64,000 nucleotides of DNA from contig CM022668.1 of assembly GCA_012295275.1 (NCBI GenBank), positions 1,922,001 to 1,986,000 on the forward strand. Direction: 5' to 3'. The notes under the pieces are model-generated. The model was not told the origin of the DNA, searched no databases, and was given only the letters and a program-made list of their open reading frames with translations. Below are positions 27,049 to 42,353 of the stretch, piece after piece. The DNA is from Chrysomallon squamiferum. Its lineage: Eukaryota > Animalia > Mollusca. The translations under genes and the position numbers were made by a program. Position 1 is the stretch's first letter. The number at the start of each line of letters is the position of its first letter.

Positions 27049-30000
27049 GTGTAATATTATAATTCAGCTGAACAGAAACTCCATGCGATCAGGCATAAGT
27101 AAATATATGCAAAGTAGAAATCTGATAAAGAAATATTAAAAGTCAACAACAGTGATCCAAGCATTCAAGCTTAGATAAATAGTTATATAGTGAAGTAAGT
27201 TCAAAACCAATGTTTAGTTCAAAACAAGCCAATCTTATGTTATAAACAAAAAATGATGTGCTGTCACGCTGACAATATATTAAGAATTTGTCAAGTTCAA
27301 AGTAGACAGATGTGTTGTCAAGTATAAATGAAACAATTATGTTGTCAAGCAAGTAAAAATAACAAAGCAATAAAATATATAATGTTAGAGAAGATCAAAA
27401 CAAATTTTAAACATCACTGTCTAAACATCATGGAGTTCAGTGGTTAAATTTCTTATCAGTCTTTGATATATTTCAGGTTCAAATCTCAGTACTGTGGAAC
27501 ACAGCAACAATTTTATTCTTTACCAATGCAGTCAATTATATTGATAAATGCAATCATGTTGTCTTGTTTGTGATGAAATATAAAAGAAAGGATACCTTGT
27601 TGTTCATATATAAAAGGAGAGAGACAGCAAGAGAGAGAATGACACAGAGACAGAGAGACTGTAAACATGGCAATGAGATATTTTTAAAGATATAAAAAAC
27701 AAAAATATGTTTTAAAAAAATGATAGCAATTAATTAGTGCAAATACATACAGCAGTATGCTAGTAAATATTATGTTAGATGATGAAAAAACACACATCAA
27801 CACAAATCACAGCATGCGAGAATCCCATCTCACCAGATGACTTTGTCACTGTAGCTTTCTTCTCCAGAACTGAATCTGGTTTTGGTTTTTGAGTAACTGA
27901 TTCTACTTCAGATTCTGAGGAAATCGATTTTGACTTTGCTGGTCCTTTTACTTTTGGTTTATCAGCTGTTTGAGCAATTAAATATAAATAATACATGATT
28001 TACTTTCATTTAATAATCTCATTAGAAATTAAAATAATTCCATTAAATAAATGTTAAATACTTCAGTATTCAATTTATCAGTACAATAGTAATTAAATAA
28101 AAATAAATATAAATACCTTAATTTTTTCTAATTAGATGATCAGTAATTAGATGTCAATTAATTTAATATAAAAAGAATAATTATACTTTTTTCAACTGAT
28201 TAGAAATTGATAGTATCAATAAATAAATCTTGATAAAGAAACTTTTTATTTATAATACAAAATCAAAATTTTTTAATAAATATCCATATTATTATTATTT
28301 GTAAACAAATAAAAGTATCCAATATTTAGGTATAAGAATTTGAAATCAATAATGTTTTATAAACAGTATTAGTAACAAATATTATAACTGATACTTTAAG
28401 TATATAAGCTTTATATTTAAATATTATTAAAATTAATAATTAAATAAATATTAGGCATAAAAAAATTAATAATTAAATATTAAATAAAATGATTTATTAA
28501 GTAATAATTATTATTATGAAAACAACAACAACACAATTTGATATTAGTAAATAAACATCTCTTACTTTTCAGTCATTTTGTATTTAAGAGTTTTGTCACT
28601 TTTATATAATCACACAGAATTACTTCTTACAGTTTGTCACTTACAAATTATGTTAAAACTGTAATCAGACATTTGTAACATGATACATGGAACTGCACAG
28701 ATTCTTACAATTAGTGTAACTCAGTGTTTACATGTAATAAAGATATCAGTGGAAAACTCACAGAACATTTAACTGTGAAAACAGTTCATAAAACTGTCTG
28801 CAGAATGATTAGTACAATGTCTGTAGTGTGATATGTCTAAAATATGCAGTGGCACACACACACACACACACACAGAGACACACACATATATATGCACATG
28901 ACATAAAATGCGTAATATACATGTATACAGCAAAAGTCAAGTACATGAAAATGTTTGTGTAAAAGGAGTTATATGCAAAATAATTTTTTTTATGTAAAAC
29001 TAAGTGGTTTGTGTAAAATGCACTTTTTTATGTAAATTAAATGGCTATGTGTAAAACTAACTTGTAGGTATAAAACCGTTGTTTGTGTAAAATTAAGTGT
29101 TACATAAAATTAAATATTTACATAAAATGGAGTTGTTTATGTAAAATGAAGCTGTTTATCTAAAACTTGTTTGTGTAAAATGAAGTTGTTTATGTATATT
29201 GAAGTGCTTTATGCAAACTGAAACACTGATGTAAAATGAAGTTGTTTTTGTGTAAGATGACTTTGTGTAAAATGAAGTCACTCTGTGCTCCTCTCACCAG
29301 GTTTTATTTGTCTCGCCTTTGACTTGACATCACTTTTAGTAGAGCGCTCTGTTTCTACTCAAAGTAGAACGTGTAACATGTAACTACTCACAGTAACATG
29401 AGTTCTGTTTACACAACTTGTAGTCTACTTCATCAAGCATAAGTCAATGACAACATTTTGACAAACTATGATCACTTTTGACATTATATATCAATCTTAT
29501 CCATCTATATATATATATCATCATAATATTCATCATCATCATTGTCATTCACATCATCATCATCATAGGGGAGCACTACATGAATAACTTTATGGTAAGA
29601 ATATTGCAGTTTATTCATAATTACAATAATATATATGATGAATTCAAGATGTGATTTTCAAATAAATAATAAATAAATAAAGAAGGAAAGAAAGAAAGTA
29701 AAAAACAGGTGTTTCACTCTATCTCACCAGATCTGGGGGTCTCAGTTTGTACATCAGGGACATATTCTTGAGGCACTTCCTCTTTGTCTATAACTGCTAC
29801 AGCTTCGTTGTCTAAGTAACACAGTGGTAAACAACAACAACTTGGTGATTACTAGTAAGTTTTAGTCAACATATTATATATACAGATAATCAGCTATATA
29901 TATAATTAATATATAGTCTGATAGCAATAATAATGTTGATATTAAGATTATTTACATTTTTAAATTTATTTTATTTCTCTTTGGATTTTAAAAAGTTATT

Positions 30001-30056
30001 TTCACGATAAATATAATATATTTTAAAGCCATAATAATTATGGAAGTGAGTAATTT

Positions 30057-30092
<36 letters not shown>

Positions 30093-33000
30093 GAATAATA
30101 ACAACAATAATAATAATAATAAGAACAACAATAATAATAACAACAATAACAATAACAATAGCAATAAATAAATAAATAAATAACTATAGTTAGCACATCA
30201 TACAGAACACACAGATTAATTTGAACTTAGTCTTGGTTTGTGATGTGGTTTTAACTGTGTACAGGTCAAAGGTCAAAGTCAATAGTCAAAGTAAGATGGA
30301 CTATATAGAAAATTATAAATTAAATGAAGATTTATTTATATTGAAACTGGATAGCAGAAATTGTAGAAACATGAATAGAGATTTGGATGGATGAATGGAC
30401 AGAGGGATTGCATGCTGATATTAAATTCTGGCATTCAAGTATTACTTATCAGGGATGTATGAGACAGACAGAGAGACACAAAGATGTATGGATGTGTGGA
30501 TTTATAAAATTTCAGATAATATTTGATGGCAATAAAGACCTTGTTATCACCATAACAACTTGTAAGAGATTTGATTTTGTGTTAAATATTTTGTACTGAC
30601 TTGATGCAGTTTAATTATGTTGTATATTCAGTGTGTTAGTAGTTCAAACATTAACATCAAACACTTCAAACAATAATACACAGTATTAGTTAAAACTGAC
30701 ATGTCTTCATAAAATATAAACAGCTGAAAACAATGAAATAATAATAATAATGATAATAATACTACTACTACTACTAATAATAGTAATAATAATAAATAAT
30801 AAAAATAGTATAATAATAATAATAATAATAGTAATAATAATAATAATAATAAAAATAATATAATAATAATAATAATAATAATAACAGTAATTTCAGCTTC
30901 AAAACAAATGAACAATGCAGTATGCTAGCCAACAAAAGAAACACATCAGTATGTCTTTGTATTTTCTTGTCAAATTAATTTCTTATATGTCATATTTTAT
31001 TAATTTAAACATTTTTAAATAGCATCAAATAATCAGTATTTAGGCTAAACAATTTATTATCATTGTTTTAAATTATTTTTATTTACTTGTTATAGAGGTA
31101 GTAAAACAGTATAAATTAATGTGTTTCTTTTGTCAGTGAGTATACTTGTTTTAAATAAAACCAGATTTGTTAGTTACAAAGAGCAGCCATGCTTTTATTT
31201 CTCACCCAGTGGTGAAACCGTTGTTTTGGCTGGGAGGTCAACTTTGGGTGGGGGTGTGGGTGGTCCATACAACTTCTCTAGTTCATTTGTACTATTCACT
31301 TTGCCTGCATTTTACAACATTCAAATATAACTGTTAATATTTTTACATTAATAATAATATCACAGATAAATACATAGAGAGATAGATAGATAGACAGATA
31401 GATAGATGGATGGATTGATGGATAGAGAGATAATAAAATAAAATGGAATGAAATAAAATGTAATAAAAGACAAGTAAAACAAAAAGAAAATTAACTGTAA
31501 AAGCAAAGTTAGACCAAAATCGAAATCAGAATTATCATCAAGGTCAAAGTAAGAGACTATCTATGAACTGTATGTTTATTCTTTAATTATTTTCTGTCTT
31601 CAGGTAATACAAACTTAGAAATGTAGCAATTTTATAAAAAGAAAAGAAAAATAATTCATATTTCTTTTGTTACATCTTGCATATCACACTCTGCTTCAGT
31701 TTTCTTGTAAGAACTGAAAATTACAAATTTACTTCATAAAAAGAACAAAAGTTATAAAATTATTTCCTGGAAAATAAAACTGCATGTAGTCATTATTTCC
31801 TAAAAGAAAACAGTAACAGTGTTATAAAAAGTTTTATTAATAATAAAAAAGAGGAAACAAAAAAAGAAAATGAAAAACTAAAATAATATATATATGTATA
31901 TATATATAAATAAAACATACAAATAAATAATTAAAATATATAATTAAATAAATATTGGGAAGATTCTAACTGTAGATCAGGAAACAGCCTGCAAAAAAAG
32001 TCAAACTGAAAAGTACTTTTATATTTTAGTACATTTACACCTATATTATATAAGTTCTAAAAGAATGATAAAAATATATGAACACATCAAATACACAGAT
32101 ATACTGTCTACTGTTATTATACATATACTAACAGCTATATGTTGGGAGATACAATATGTAAGAGTGTATGTTAATATTTTCACTCACCTACAACAAACTC
32201 ATCTCTGTCTAGCAAAGATTTCTTCTTTGCTTTACTTTTCTTCAGTTCTTCACTAGACTTAGACTCCATGCTCTTCTTAGATGCCTGTGACAATGTTGTC
32301 TTTGCACTTTTAACATCATCAGCGATGACAACATGTTTACTAGAACCTGACGACTTCTTACTTTCTGTCTGTAATACAGAAACAACAACTACAACAACTA
32401 CAACAACTGCAACTATTACAGCAGCAATGACAATGTGTTTACTACAATCTGATAACTTGTAACTTTCTGTCAACACAAACAATAATGAAACAACAGCAAC
32501 TACAACAGCAATTACATGTTCACTAGAACCTGATGATAATTATTTTACTTTCTGTCTGTAACACAGAAATAATAATAATAGTGACACAAGAACTATAATA
32601 ACTGCAACAATTACAACAACAACATCAAAAATGACAAAGTATTTCCTAGAATCTAATGATAACTTTTAACTTTTTATCTGTAACAGAAAAATAATAGTAA
32701 TATTGAAACAACTACAATTACAATAACAGCAACAACAATATATTTACTAGAACCTAATGACAGCTTTTTACTTTCTATATATAACACTGAAATAATAATA
32801 TTGAACCAATGACAATAATAACTACATCAAGTACAACAACTACAACAGTAATATTAGTAGTAATAACAAAAACAAATACAATAATGAAAACATGAATATC
32901 AGTAGCAACTTCGATAATGGTAGGAACAGCAGTAATAATTGTATTTGAAGTAACTGTAGTACTAGTACAAAAGATACTACTCCAGCTACTACTACTACTA

Positions 33001-33587
33001 CTACTACTACTAGTAACAAAAAAAACAGCAACAACAACAGTAATGAAGAAGAAGAAGAAGAAAAGCACAATAAAACAAAACAGGAAACATCAAAAACGTG
33101 ACAGTACATACCTCAGCATTCTGTAAAGCCTTTGTGAAATCGTCAGGTTCAGGAGATGAGCTCACACTTGCACGTACTGACGACTTTCTGAAAGTAGTGA
33201 TTGTCAGCTGTTAATCTTTTATATCAACAGTTTGTTACAGATAGACAGACTGATAGATAAGATAGATAGGTAGATAAGTAGGTAGACAGAGTGACAGACA
33301 GGATAGATAGATAGATAGATAGATGTTAGATAGGTAAGTTGATAGACAGAGAGACAGGCAGATAGATAGATAGATATATAGATAAGCAGACAGACAGACA
33401 GACAGACAGACATATAGCTAGATTAGATAGATAGTAATGCACACCTACATGCAAAGAAAGTGAGAGAGATATATAGATAAAGAGAAAGAAAGATAGAGAG
33501 ATCAAGAGACAGCCAGAAAGTGACAGATACATAAAGAGAGAGACAGAGGCATACATAGATAGATAGATAGACAGATAGATAGATAGC

Positions 33588-33635
<48 letters not shown>

Positions 33636-36226
33636 CAGATAGCTAGATAGATAGATAGATAGATAGGTAGATAGCTAGATAGATATATAGGTAGGTATAT
33701 AGACAGATAGACAGATTGATAGATAAATAGTTAGAAAAAATGACAGATACAAAAACAGATAGACAGATGACAGCCAGATACTACAAATGCTTTTTCTGTG
33801 TTAAGTCTGTGTAGATAATGTGACTACACTAACCTGTCTGACACTACATCAGCATTGTTGTAGTTGATCACATCATAGTCTCCAACATCTGCAGCAGAGC
33901 CTCGCTCTGACGGGATGGAGATTGTTTTCTTGAGAGACCTGTCTGATGTACTCCCTGCAATAACAGTACACAACTAGAACAACAAACAGCCGAAAACAGA
34001 ACAACGATACAACAGAACAAAGATACAACAGAACAAAGATACAACTAAAACTAGAACCAAGATACAACTGAAACTAGAACCAAGATACAACTGAAACTAG
34101 AACAAAGATACAATTGAAACTAGAATAGGTACTACAGGAACAACATATAACAGAAACTAGAATAAAGATACAATTGAAACTAGAATAGGTACTACAAGAA
34201 CAACATACAACAGAAACTAGAATAAAGATACAACTGAAACAAGATGATGTACAACATGAAACAACATACAAGATACATCAAGAATTATAAAAAAGATATG
34301 ACTGAAACAGATACTATAGGAATATACAAGATACAATAACTAGAACAAAGATACAATGAAACAATAACAAAGATACAACTGAAACAAAACAACAATACAG
34401 CTGAAACTAGAACAGAAACTGGAAAAGATACTACAAGAAGAACATATAAGATACAACAATAAGAACAAAAATGATACAACTCTATTAAAACATAGTTAAT
34501 AATCTTAAATTATTGACTTGCAGCTGACCTCCTGATATGTAAATGTGACCTTCCTTGACTCCGCCCAGCTCATTTAGCATGTGACTCTTAGATCGGATGA
34601 TGTTTCTCCCTTCATCGTCCGTGACGATCTCGATGTCGTCAGGTGACAGTGACTGACTGGCCAGTGCGTCCAGCAGCTCTGGACTGACCTCAGCATCAAA
34701 CGGAAAAGCATTTGGTTCCTTACCAGCTACCATGGCAACTAGAAAGCAATTCTAATTAGGAATTCATACCAATATATATAGATAGATAGATAGACAGATA
34801 AAATTATGGACCTATATTATCAGTTGTGCTTTTGATATGTATGTAGGAATATTTGTGAGTGTATATGTTTGTGTGTGCATGTGTGTGTGTTTGTGTATGT
34901 GTGTGTGTGTGTTTACTATAATTGTCACAGATGTTTATTAATATAATGATGACTATAATGATCTTCCTTACTGTTCATACTGTTATTATATTTGTTTATC
35001 TGTTTGTTTGTTTATTTTTGGAAAACTAATATGTATCAGGTATAAAACAATTTACCTGCTGTTGTCAGGGATTGACGAATCAAATCTTTGTATTCCTGCG
35101 CCGTGGGGGCAGCACTATTTGCTCTGTGCCTTGTGATTTCTTCAACTGCTTCCTGTTTTCAAATATTTTAATTACCTCTTAGAAACTCAAAATATAATAT
35201 ATCATGTAATATACACTGTGCAGACATGTTACTGAATGAATCGATTAGATAAGCCAGATATTTAACAAATTAGTATAGCTACTTGATAATAAAAAAATAC
35301 ATTGAATTCAAAATCACAATTAATAGAAAATGTAGGATAAAATAAATCTTACTGTTTTATAAGAAGGAGTAGCTGTTATTTCTATCAAAAGCCTCTCAAT
35401 TAAGTAAAAATTTTATTTTTAAATACAGCACTGAAAATGTGTTAGTAGTTTAGCTAAAACAAAAATGCAGTAATAATAATTTTACAACTAGAGCTTGAAG
35501 CAAATAAAATAATTTCTAGTAATTTAAAAAAATTTTAAAATTATAAAAAAACTAAATTATAGGTAATGATTTTGTTTCATTTACAATTTTATTTCACAGT
35601 TCTGTGAGAGATAAAAATATTTAATACGCTGATGTAATACAGTGTTTTAATAACATTTTGTATTTTAAATATAGTACCTTTGTCAGTAATTTCTCCTTTT
35701 GTCAAAACCAAGGAAACTTTAATTAATCACTCTTAATTAAATAATGTATAATTCAGTGTAGTTAATATTTTTGCTTGTCACAGGATTTTAAAAAGTGGTC
35801 TTCTGTTCATAATAAATATATAATTAAGAAAGAATTAAAATATAAAACTTTTTACTGACATTTAATCTGAAATTTAATATTATTATTACATTTTAATATT
35901 ATTTTCTATCATAAATTATCAAGAAAGTAATTAATTAAGTTAAATAAATCTGGGATAAAATAACTCATGTTAAAATGTTGTCATGTGGGCAGCCATTTTG
36001 GATCTTACAGTATTGATAAACTCCTGTACTGACTGACTGCGGGATACAACTCGAGGGGGGTGTTCCTTCGTCCACAGGGCAGCTGCTTGCTAAAACAGGT
36101 GATTTCATAGCATAAACAAACAAACAAACAAACAAACAAACAAATAAATAAATAAATAACAAGCAATTTATTGCAGCTATAAATATTAACAAAAGCTGTT
36201 GATAGTAATAATAACAAAAACAATAA

Positions 36227-36261
<35 letters not shown>

Positions 36262-36481
36262 ATATGAAATGAATTGATGAATAAAGAATTTGATATGAAG
36301 AATTTTATAAAAGTATATCTGAATAAAATTTAACACTTTCCTCAAACATTCAGAATTAAGTAAGATAAAAAATAATATGATAAACTAAAATATTTTCAAC
36401 AGCGTTTGTTAAAAATTAATAACATCTACATTTAGAAATGTGTGTGCTACAAGAAAATGGCAGGGAACAACACACACATAT

Positions 36482-36516
<35 letters not shown>

Positions 36517-38575
36517 CACCTGCGTGTGAATGCACAGACACACACATACAAAATTCAAATACATAAACACCATACAAGCACACACATAAACACACATGCA
36601 CACACTCACACTAGAAATTATAATTATAATTGTCTGCCATTTTCTTGTAAATGAAGAAGTCAGTATAAATGAATAATTTCACAAACTGCTACAAAACTAA
36701 GTAATAACTAAATAAATACATAAATATATTAATATAATACTAAATACATAAATAAAAACTAAATACCTAAAATTGTATATAAATGTATAAATAACTAAAA
36801 TTATATACAAATAATAACTAAATATATAAATACATAACTACTTTTATAAAAATCAGCTACTGTAAGCTGTAATAATTAACAAGAAAACAGTTAACTGAAA
36901 ATTATGTCACATATTAAACCTTTGGATCCAAGCTCCCAAGTATTTATGTTGGAAATGGTTGAAATTTGCAACATTCTTTTATTGTTCCTACAAACTCTCG
37001 GCCTGATATCTACTGATATGATGTGAGCAAGATGGTCAAAATATTAACAGCGCCATTGTTTTTGTTTTCTTTTGTTATTTCTTCTTTTTTTTTAAATGTT
37101 TTATTTTTTATTTATTGTATTTGTTAAAAGCTTGGGTTTAAATGGTTAATTGAAACAGGCAGCTAGGTTTTTACCTGTTTCTGAATATTAATGTCCACAC
37201 AACAAATAATCTAATTCTGATATCTCTTCTAATTAATTAACAAATGCAATTAAAATGTCATTAAAGTTAATATTGTAATTTTAAGTTGTGGCTGAAACAT
37301 ATTATTAATTTTTTCATTAGGTATAATTTATTTATTTATTTATTTAATTACTTATTTATTTATTTATCCACATTTAAAGTAATGTAAATTTTACAATTGT
37401 ACACATATAATTACATAATTAAAAAAAATTTACATAAATAAAAAGATAATAATAATAAATTCCTAACAAAAGATATTTTAATGTGAAATCATTCTAGTGT
37501 TAATATTATTTCATATTAATAAAACTTAATATCACAAATGTAATAAAACTTAATAGTCAATATATACTGTTAAAAACATTTAAAATTATTTCTTGGATAT
37601 TTCTGTTACACTGTGAGTGACTTGGTCTGGACTTTACCCTGATGTCAGCTTCCAGATCTCTGCCTGCCTCCACTTTACTCAAAACCTTGGCAGCGATTTT
37701 CTGAGCATGCCCAGTGAGTGCATCCACAATCATCTGCTCTGATTCTGCAGATTCTGAAATACAAAACAGGCCCCAAATAAAAACTGTAACAGAGAATTTT
37801 ATACTAATTTTTGTTAAAGAAACAAAGAAAAAGCAAGAAAGATAGAAGGAATGAATAAATATAAATGATTATATTGATGTACAAAATACTACTAATAATA
37901 ATAGTAACAATAAAAAAATAAAATAAAATAAAATACAATACATTATAATTAAATATATTTTACCATCCTGATTTCTGAAATAAAAGAAAATCTACATTCA
38001 AAATACTTTACTACAACCAAAAGACAATAATTTACCTATTTAATTAATACTGAATTAAATATAAGAAATCATGCAATGGTACATAAACAAACTAAAATAA
38101 CTCTGAAAGGTCACTGTAATATAACAAAAATTATAATTCTAATATTTGTAAAAGATATCAAGCCACATTGTAGTAGCAATAAAGAATACAAAGTAATTAA
38201 TTTTATTTTAATTACTGTTATTATTAAAAATTAATGAATTATGAGATATTTAAAACTCTAGAAGTTGACATAATTATACTAGTTCCATTTGAAAGTGATA
38301 CAACATATTAAATACATGACCTTAAATTAATAAAATATTAAATTAATAAACAAAAATGGTGCGATTATTTCAGTGATTTGAAAAAATAAAAATAAAACAA
38401 AAATGTCTTGTGCTTTAATTTAATCAAATTCATATTGTATTTTGATTATAACTAAAAGTTAATTTTAAGTGGAAAATTTATGTTTATTTTCTGTAGGTCT
38501 TTTTGTCTGAATGTGTATATGTATGTTTATATGTGTGTATGTATACTTATATATGTGAATGTATATATGTATTTG

Positions 38576-38610
<35 letters not shown>

Positions 38611-40591
38611 ATGCGTGTGTGTGTATGTTTGTGCATTTGGATGTGTATTTAATTCTGTGTGTGTGTTACAACAAACACTCCATATAAATATGTGTAGATA
38701 AAATTCTGCCTCTGAAAAAAAGTGTATTGTCAGTTAACACATCAAACAAGTGACAGCTGAAACAACAAAGTCATTGTGTAACAATATAACATAAAAACAA
38801 CTGTGAGGTAAAAAAACAACAACAAAGACAAACTGATCAGAAGTTAGTATTCACTTGTGAGATACACAAAACACTTATATACATTAAAATCATTATAATC
38901 ATCATCCCTAATATCATTATCATAATTATCATCACATGATGATTATCTTGATAATTATCTTATTATTATTATTACTGTTGTGATTTATTTTTAATGGAAT
39001 CATCATTATAAATATCATTGTTATTAATATCTTCATCATGTTATCATTCTCAATAGTTACTATTGTTATTAGGATCTTCATTATTATTATCATCATTATC
39101 ATCATCTTCATAATTATTATGTTATTATTATTTAAGTGTTTTGTGAATCCAAGGTTAAACAAAAAAATTGTTAAAGCACATAAACAGTGTACTGACAAGG
39201 GTGTCAAATTTAACACATTTGTGGTTTTAACACAACTTTCTCTGTGTGTGTACCTGGACGAGTCTTTGAAACAGGTTGTTTGTGAGGAGGGGATGGGGGA
39301 GGGCTGAATATCTGAGATCCAGACACTCTGAGAGCGTCCGATTGACCAGACACCACTGACGACTTCTCAGTGGATGTCTTACGTCTGACGACATCGGCCA
39401 TGTTGGCTTGCTGCTGTGTTACATCGACGTCTTCATCGATGGAAAGTTTCAAATCTGCGAGTGAAATCTCATCTGCAACTCTGTCATTTATTATCACTTC
39501 TGAAGTTTGTTCTTTGAAATTTCCTTCCTCAGACTGAACAAATGTGAAGTCATCAGGAGACTTGGACAGAGGTGATGGTTGTGTCCATTCAGGAGAAGAT
39601 GACCGGTCCTCATGGTCAGCTGGGTCCACTTGCTTGTCACTTCCAGCTACCTCTACATCTCTGATCAGTCTGTCTCCATGGTAACCAGATGCAGCTGATT
39701 TAGCTGATGTTCTGTGACTTCCCAGCAAACTCTTCACATCAACTGTTGATGTTTTGTCATCAACTTCGGAACCCAGTTTGTGAAGATTTACCTCATCATC
39801 ATGACTGTCAACTTGTTTATCATAACTTGATCTTCTAGAAACATGCTCAGAAACTGTCAAATGTCTTTTTTCTTCATCGTGTGGTAAATCTGCAGAAGTT
39901 GCACTTTTCCTGTCACCTGCATAGGTTGCACTTTTAGACGAGAGTGCAGAATGTTTTTTTACTTTTTTCATCTCGTCATCATCGCTCTCTCCTGACCATG
40001 CTGACACCACTGTAACATCATCAATCTTCACATCAACATCAGCGCTATGTGATTCACTGTGGTTTCTAGGTGTGGCTCCATGTTTTCTCTGACTACCTCG
40101 TGACTCACTTGATGTTCGTCTTTGCAGTTCAACATCGTCCTCAATGACATCATCTTGGTCAAACTGCTTTGATGACAGCGACGTCTCTGTCTTCTCCTCA
40201 AACACAAGCAGTGTTGACTGCGTGCCTGATGGGTCTGACAACAGCTTAGACATTCGCGAGGGCTTCGACTTTGACTGAGGAGTGACCCGGAACAGGTCAA
40301 GCTCAGTTCCTGTTCTAGCAGAACTCTCCCCCTCCCCATCACTTTTATCCCCATGTTCCAGTCTGAAACTTGCACCTAAACCATCATCAGTGGACGCATG
40401 GTCACCATGTTCTATTTTGATAAAACAGTCAAATATACTCAAACAACAATCTACATAATGTAATTAGTCCACAGTGTAAAAATAAGTTTCTTTTACATAT
40501 ATACATGCACACATACACACACACACATACATACACATACATACACATACATACACATATATGCACATGCATACATACATACTTATATACA

Positions 40592-40637
<46 letters not shown>

Positions 40638-42319
40638 TATATATAAACATATACACATGTTATATTTAGACCCTCTCATATTTTTATATATATATATATA
40701 TACAGACACACATATTCACAGACACACAAATATATATACATACAGCCATATACATATGAAAAGACACACTCTCTCACAAACACACATATATACACGAGAC
40801 ACACTATCATACACTCAAATGAAAATATTAAGAGACAACAACAAAATTAATGTAAACTAAACTACAACAAAGAGAAATATTTTTGCCAAACATTTTGTTT
40901 TTCTCAAACTGTAATTATTGCAGAAAATAAATTGTAAATGTCATAAATATATAAAAAAATAAAATAAAAAATAAAAATTGAAAGTGAACTGATAAAAAAC
41001 AAGACTGAATGCTTGGCAATTTAAATTCACAACCAGAAAATAATTTAGACATTTTTATTTGAACATTTCATGCAGAAATATTTCTCTTTGCAGAATTTAA
41101 GTAGAAAAAAGAAAAAGCAGCAATGAAATAAAATGGTAAATGTTAATAAAAGCAGCTAAAAGATAACATACTACATATATAAATTACTGGGTGATATAAA
41201 AGTTATCACACAGAAGATAATAGAAACACAGATTTCAACGAACAGTAAAATACTAAAAACTTTGATGACCGGAAATTGTGTCCATAAAAGGCATACTTGA
41301 ACATTGTTTTAAATAGTCTGATTATATGTGTTTTATTTTATATTATACTAGTCAGTATATAAGGTATTAAACATTAAATGAAATTGATATTTAACTTTGA
41401 TATATTTAACAGTTTATATTAAATAAAAATAATATAATGAACATGTTTTAATGTAAAATTTATATTAAATGAAAAAAAAAAAAGAAAATCTCTGATTGTA
41501 ATATTTAACTGTTTTATTTTATTAAAATTTATATTATTACATATAACTGATGTTTAACAATATTTTATTTTTGTGCAGTTTATTTTAAGTATTAAATAAA
41601 AATAATATTTAACTTTGTTTTATTTTATGTAAAGTTTATATTAAGTATTAAATAAAACTAATATTTAACTTTGTTTTATTTTATGTAAAAGTTATATTAA
41701 GTATTAAATAAAACTAATATTTAACTTTGTTTCACTTTTATGTAAATTTTATATTGAGTATTAAAAGAAATTCATGTTTAACTCTGTTTTATTTTCATGC
41801 AAAGTTTATATTATGTAATAAATAAAGCTAATATTTAACTTTGTTTTACTTTTATGTAAAGTTTATATTAAGTATTGAATAAAACTCATATTTAACTGTT
41901 TTAATTTATGTAAATTTTATGTTAAAAGTTAAATAAAATTAATATTTAACTATTTTTTTAATCTTTTATAAAGTTTATATTAAGTATTAAATAAAACCAT
42001 ATTTAATGTTGTTCCAATAAAGTTTATACTAACTATTAAATAAAACTCTTATTTAGCTGTTTTATTTTGTCGTGTACTACTTAATATATAAGATATCACA
42101 TGTTAAATCAAACTGATATTTACCTTTCTGACTTGCTTCTTTTGTGCTGGTAGACTTCTCTTCTGATGGAATGTTAAAAATATCCTCTCTCGACTTCCAC
42201 ATGTCTGGCTCATTGTCTGAGACGTCTGTGTCCTCCATGCCTCCTGCTAGTCAAACAACACTTTATTTAAATCTTTGTCTACTTCTTTACTTGTATACTG
42301 AAGTCTAACAATAATTTTC

Positions 42320-42353
<34 letters not shown>

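Noticed and set aside
27428-27495. tRNA gene
   Set aside because: A and B boxes are present, but acceptor and anticodon stems cannot be formed. It is better explained as a SINE head.
36915-37015. Slightly GC-richer patch as a KIAA2012 exon
   Set aside because: The candidate acceptors lead to stops in phase 0, and the flanking exons join in frame without it.
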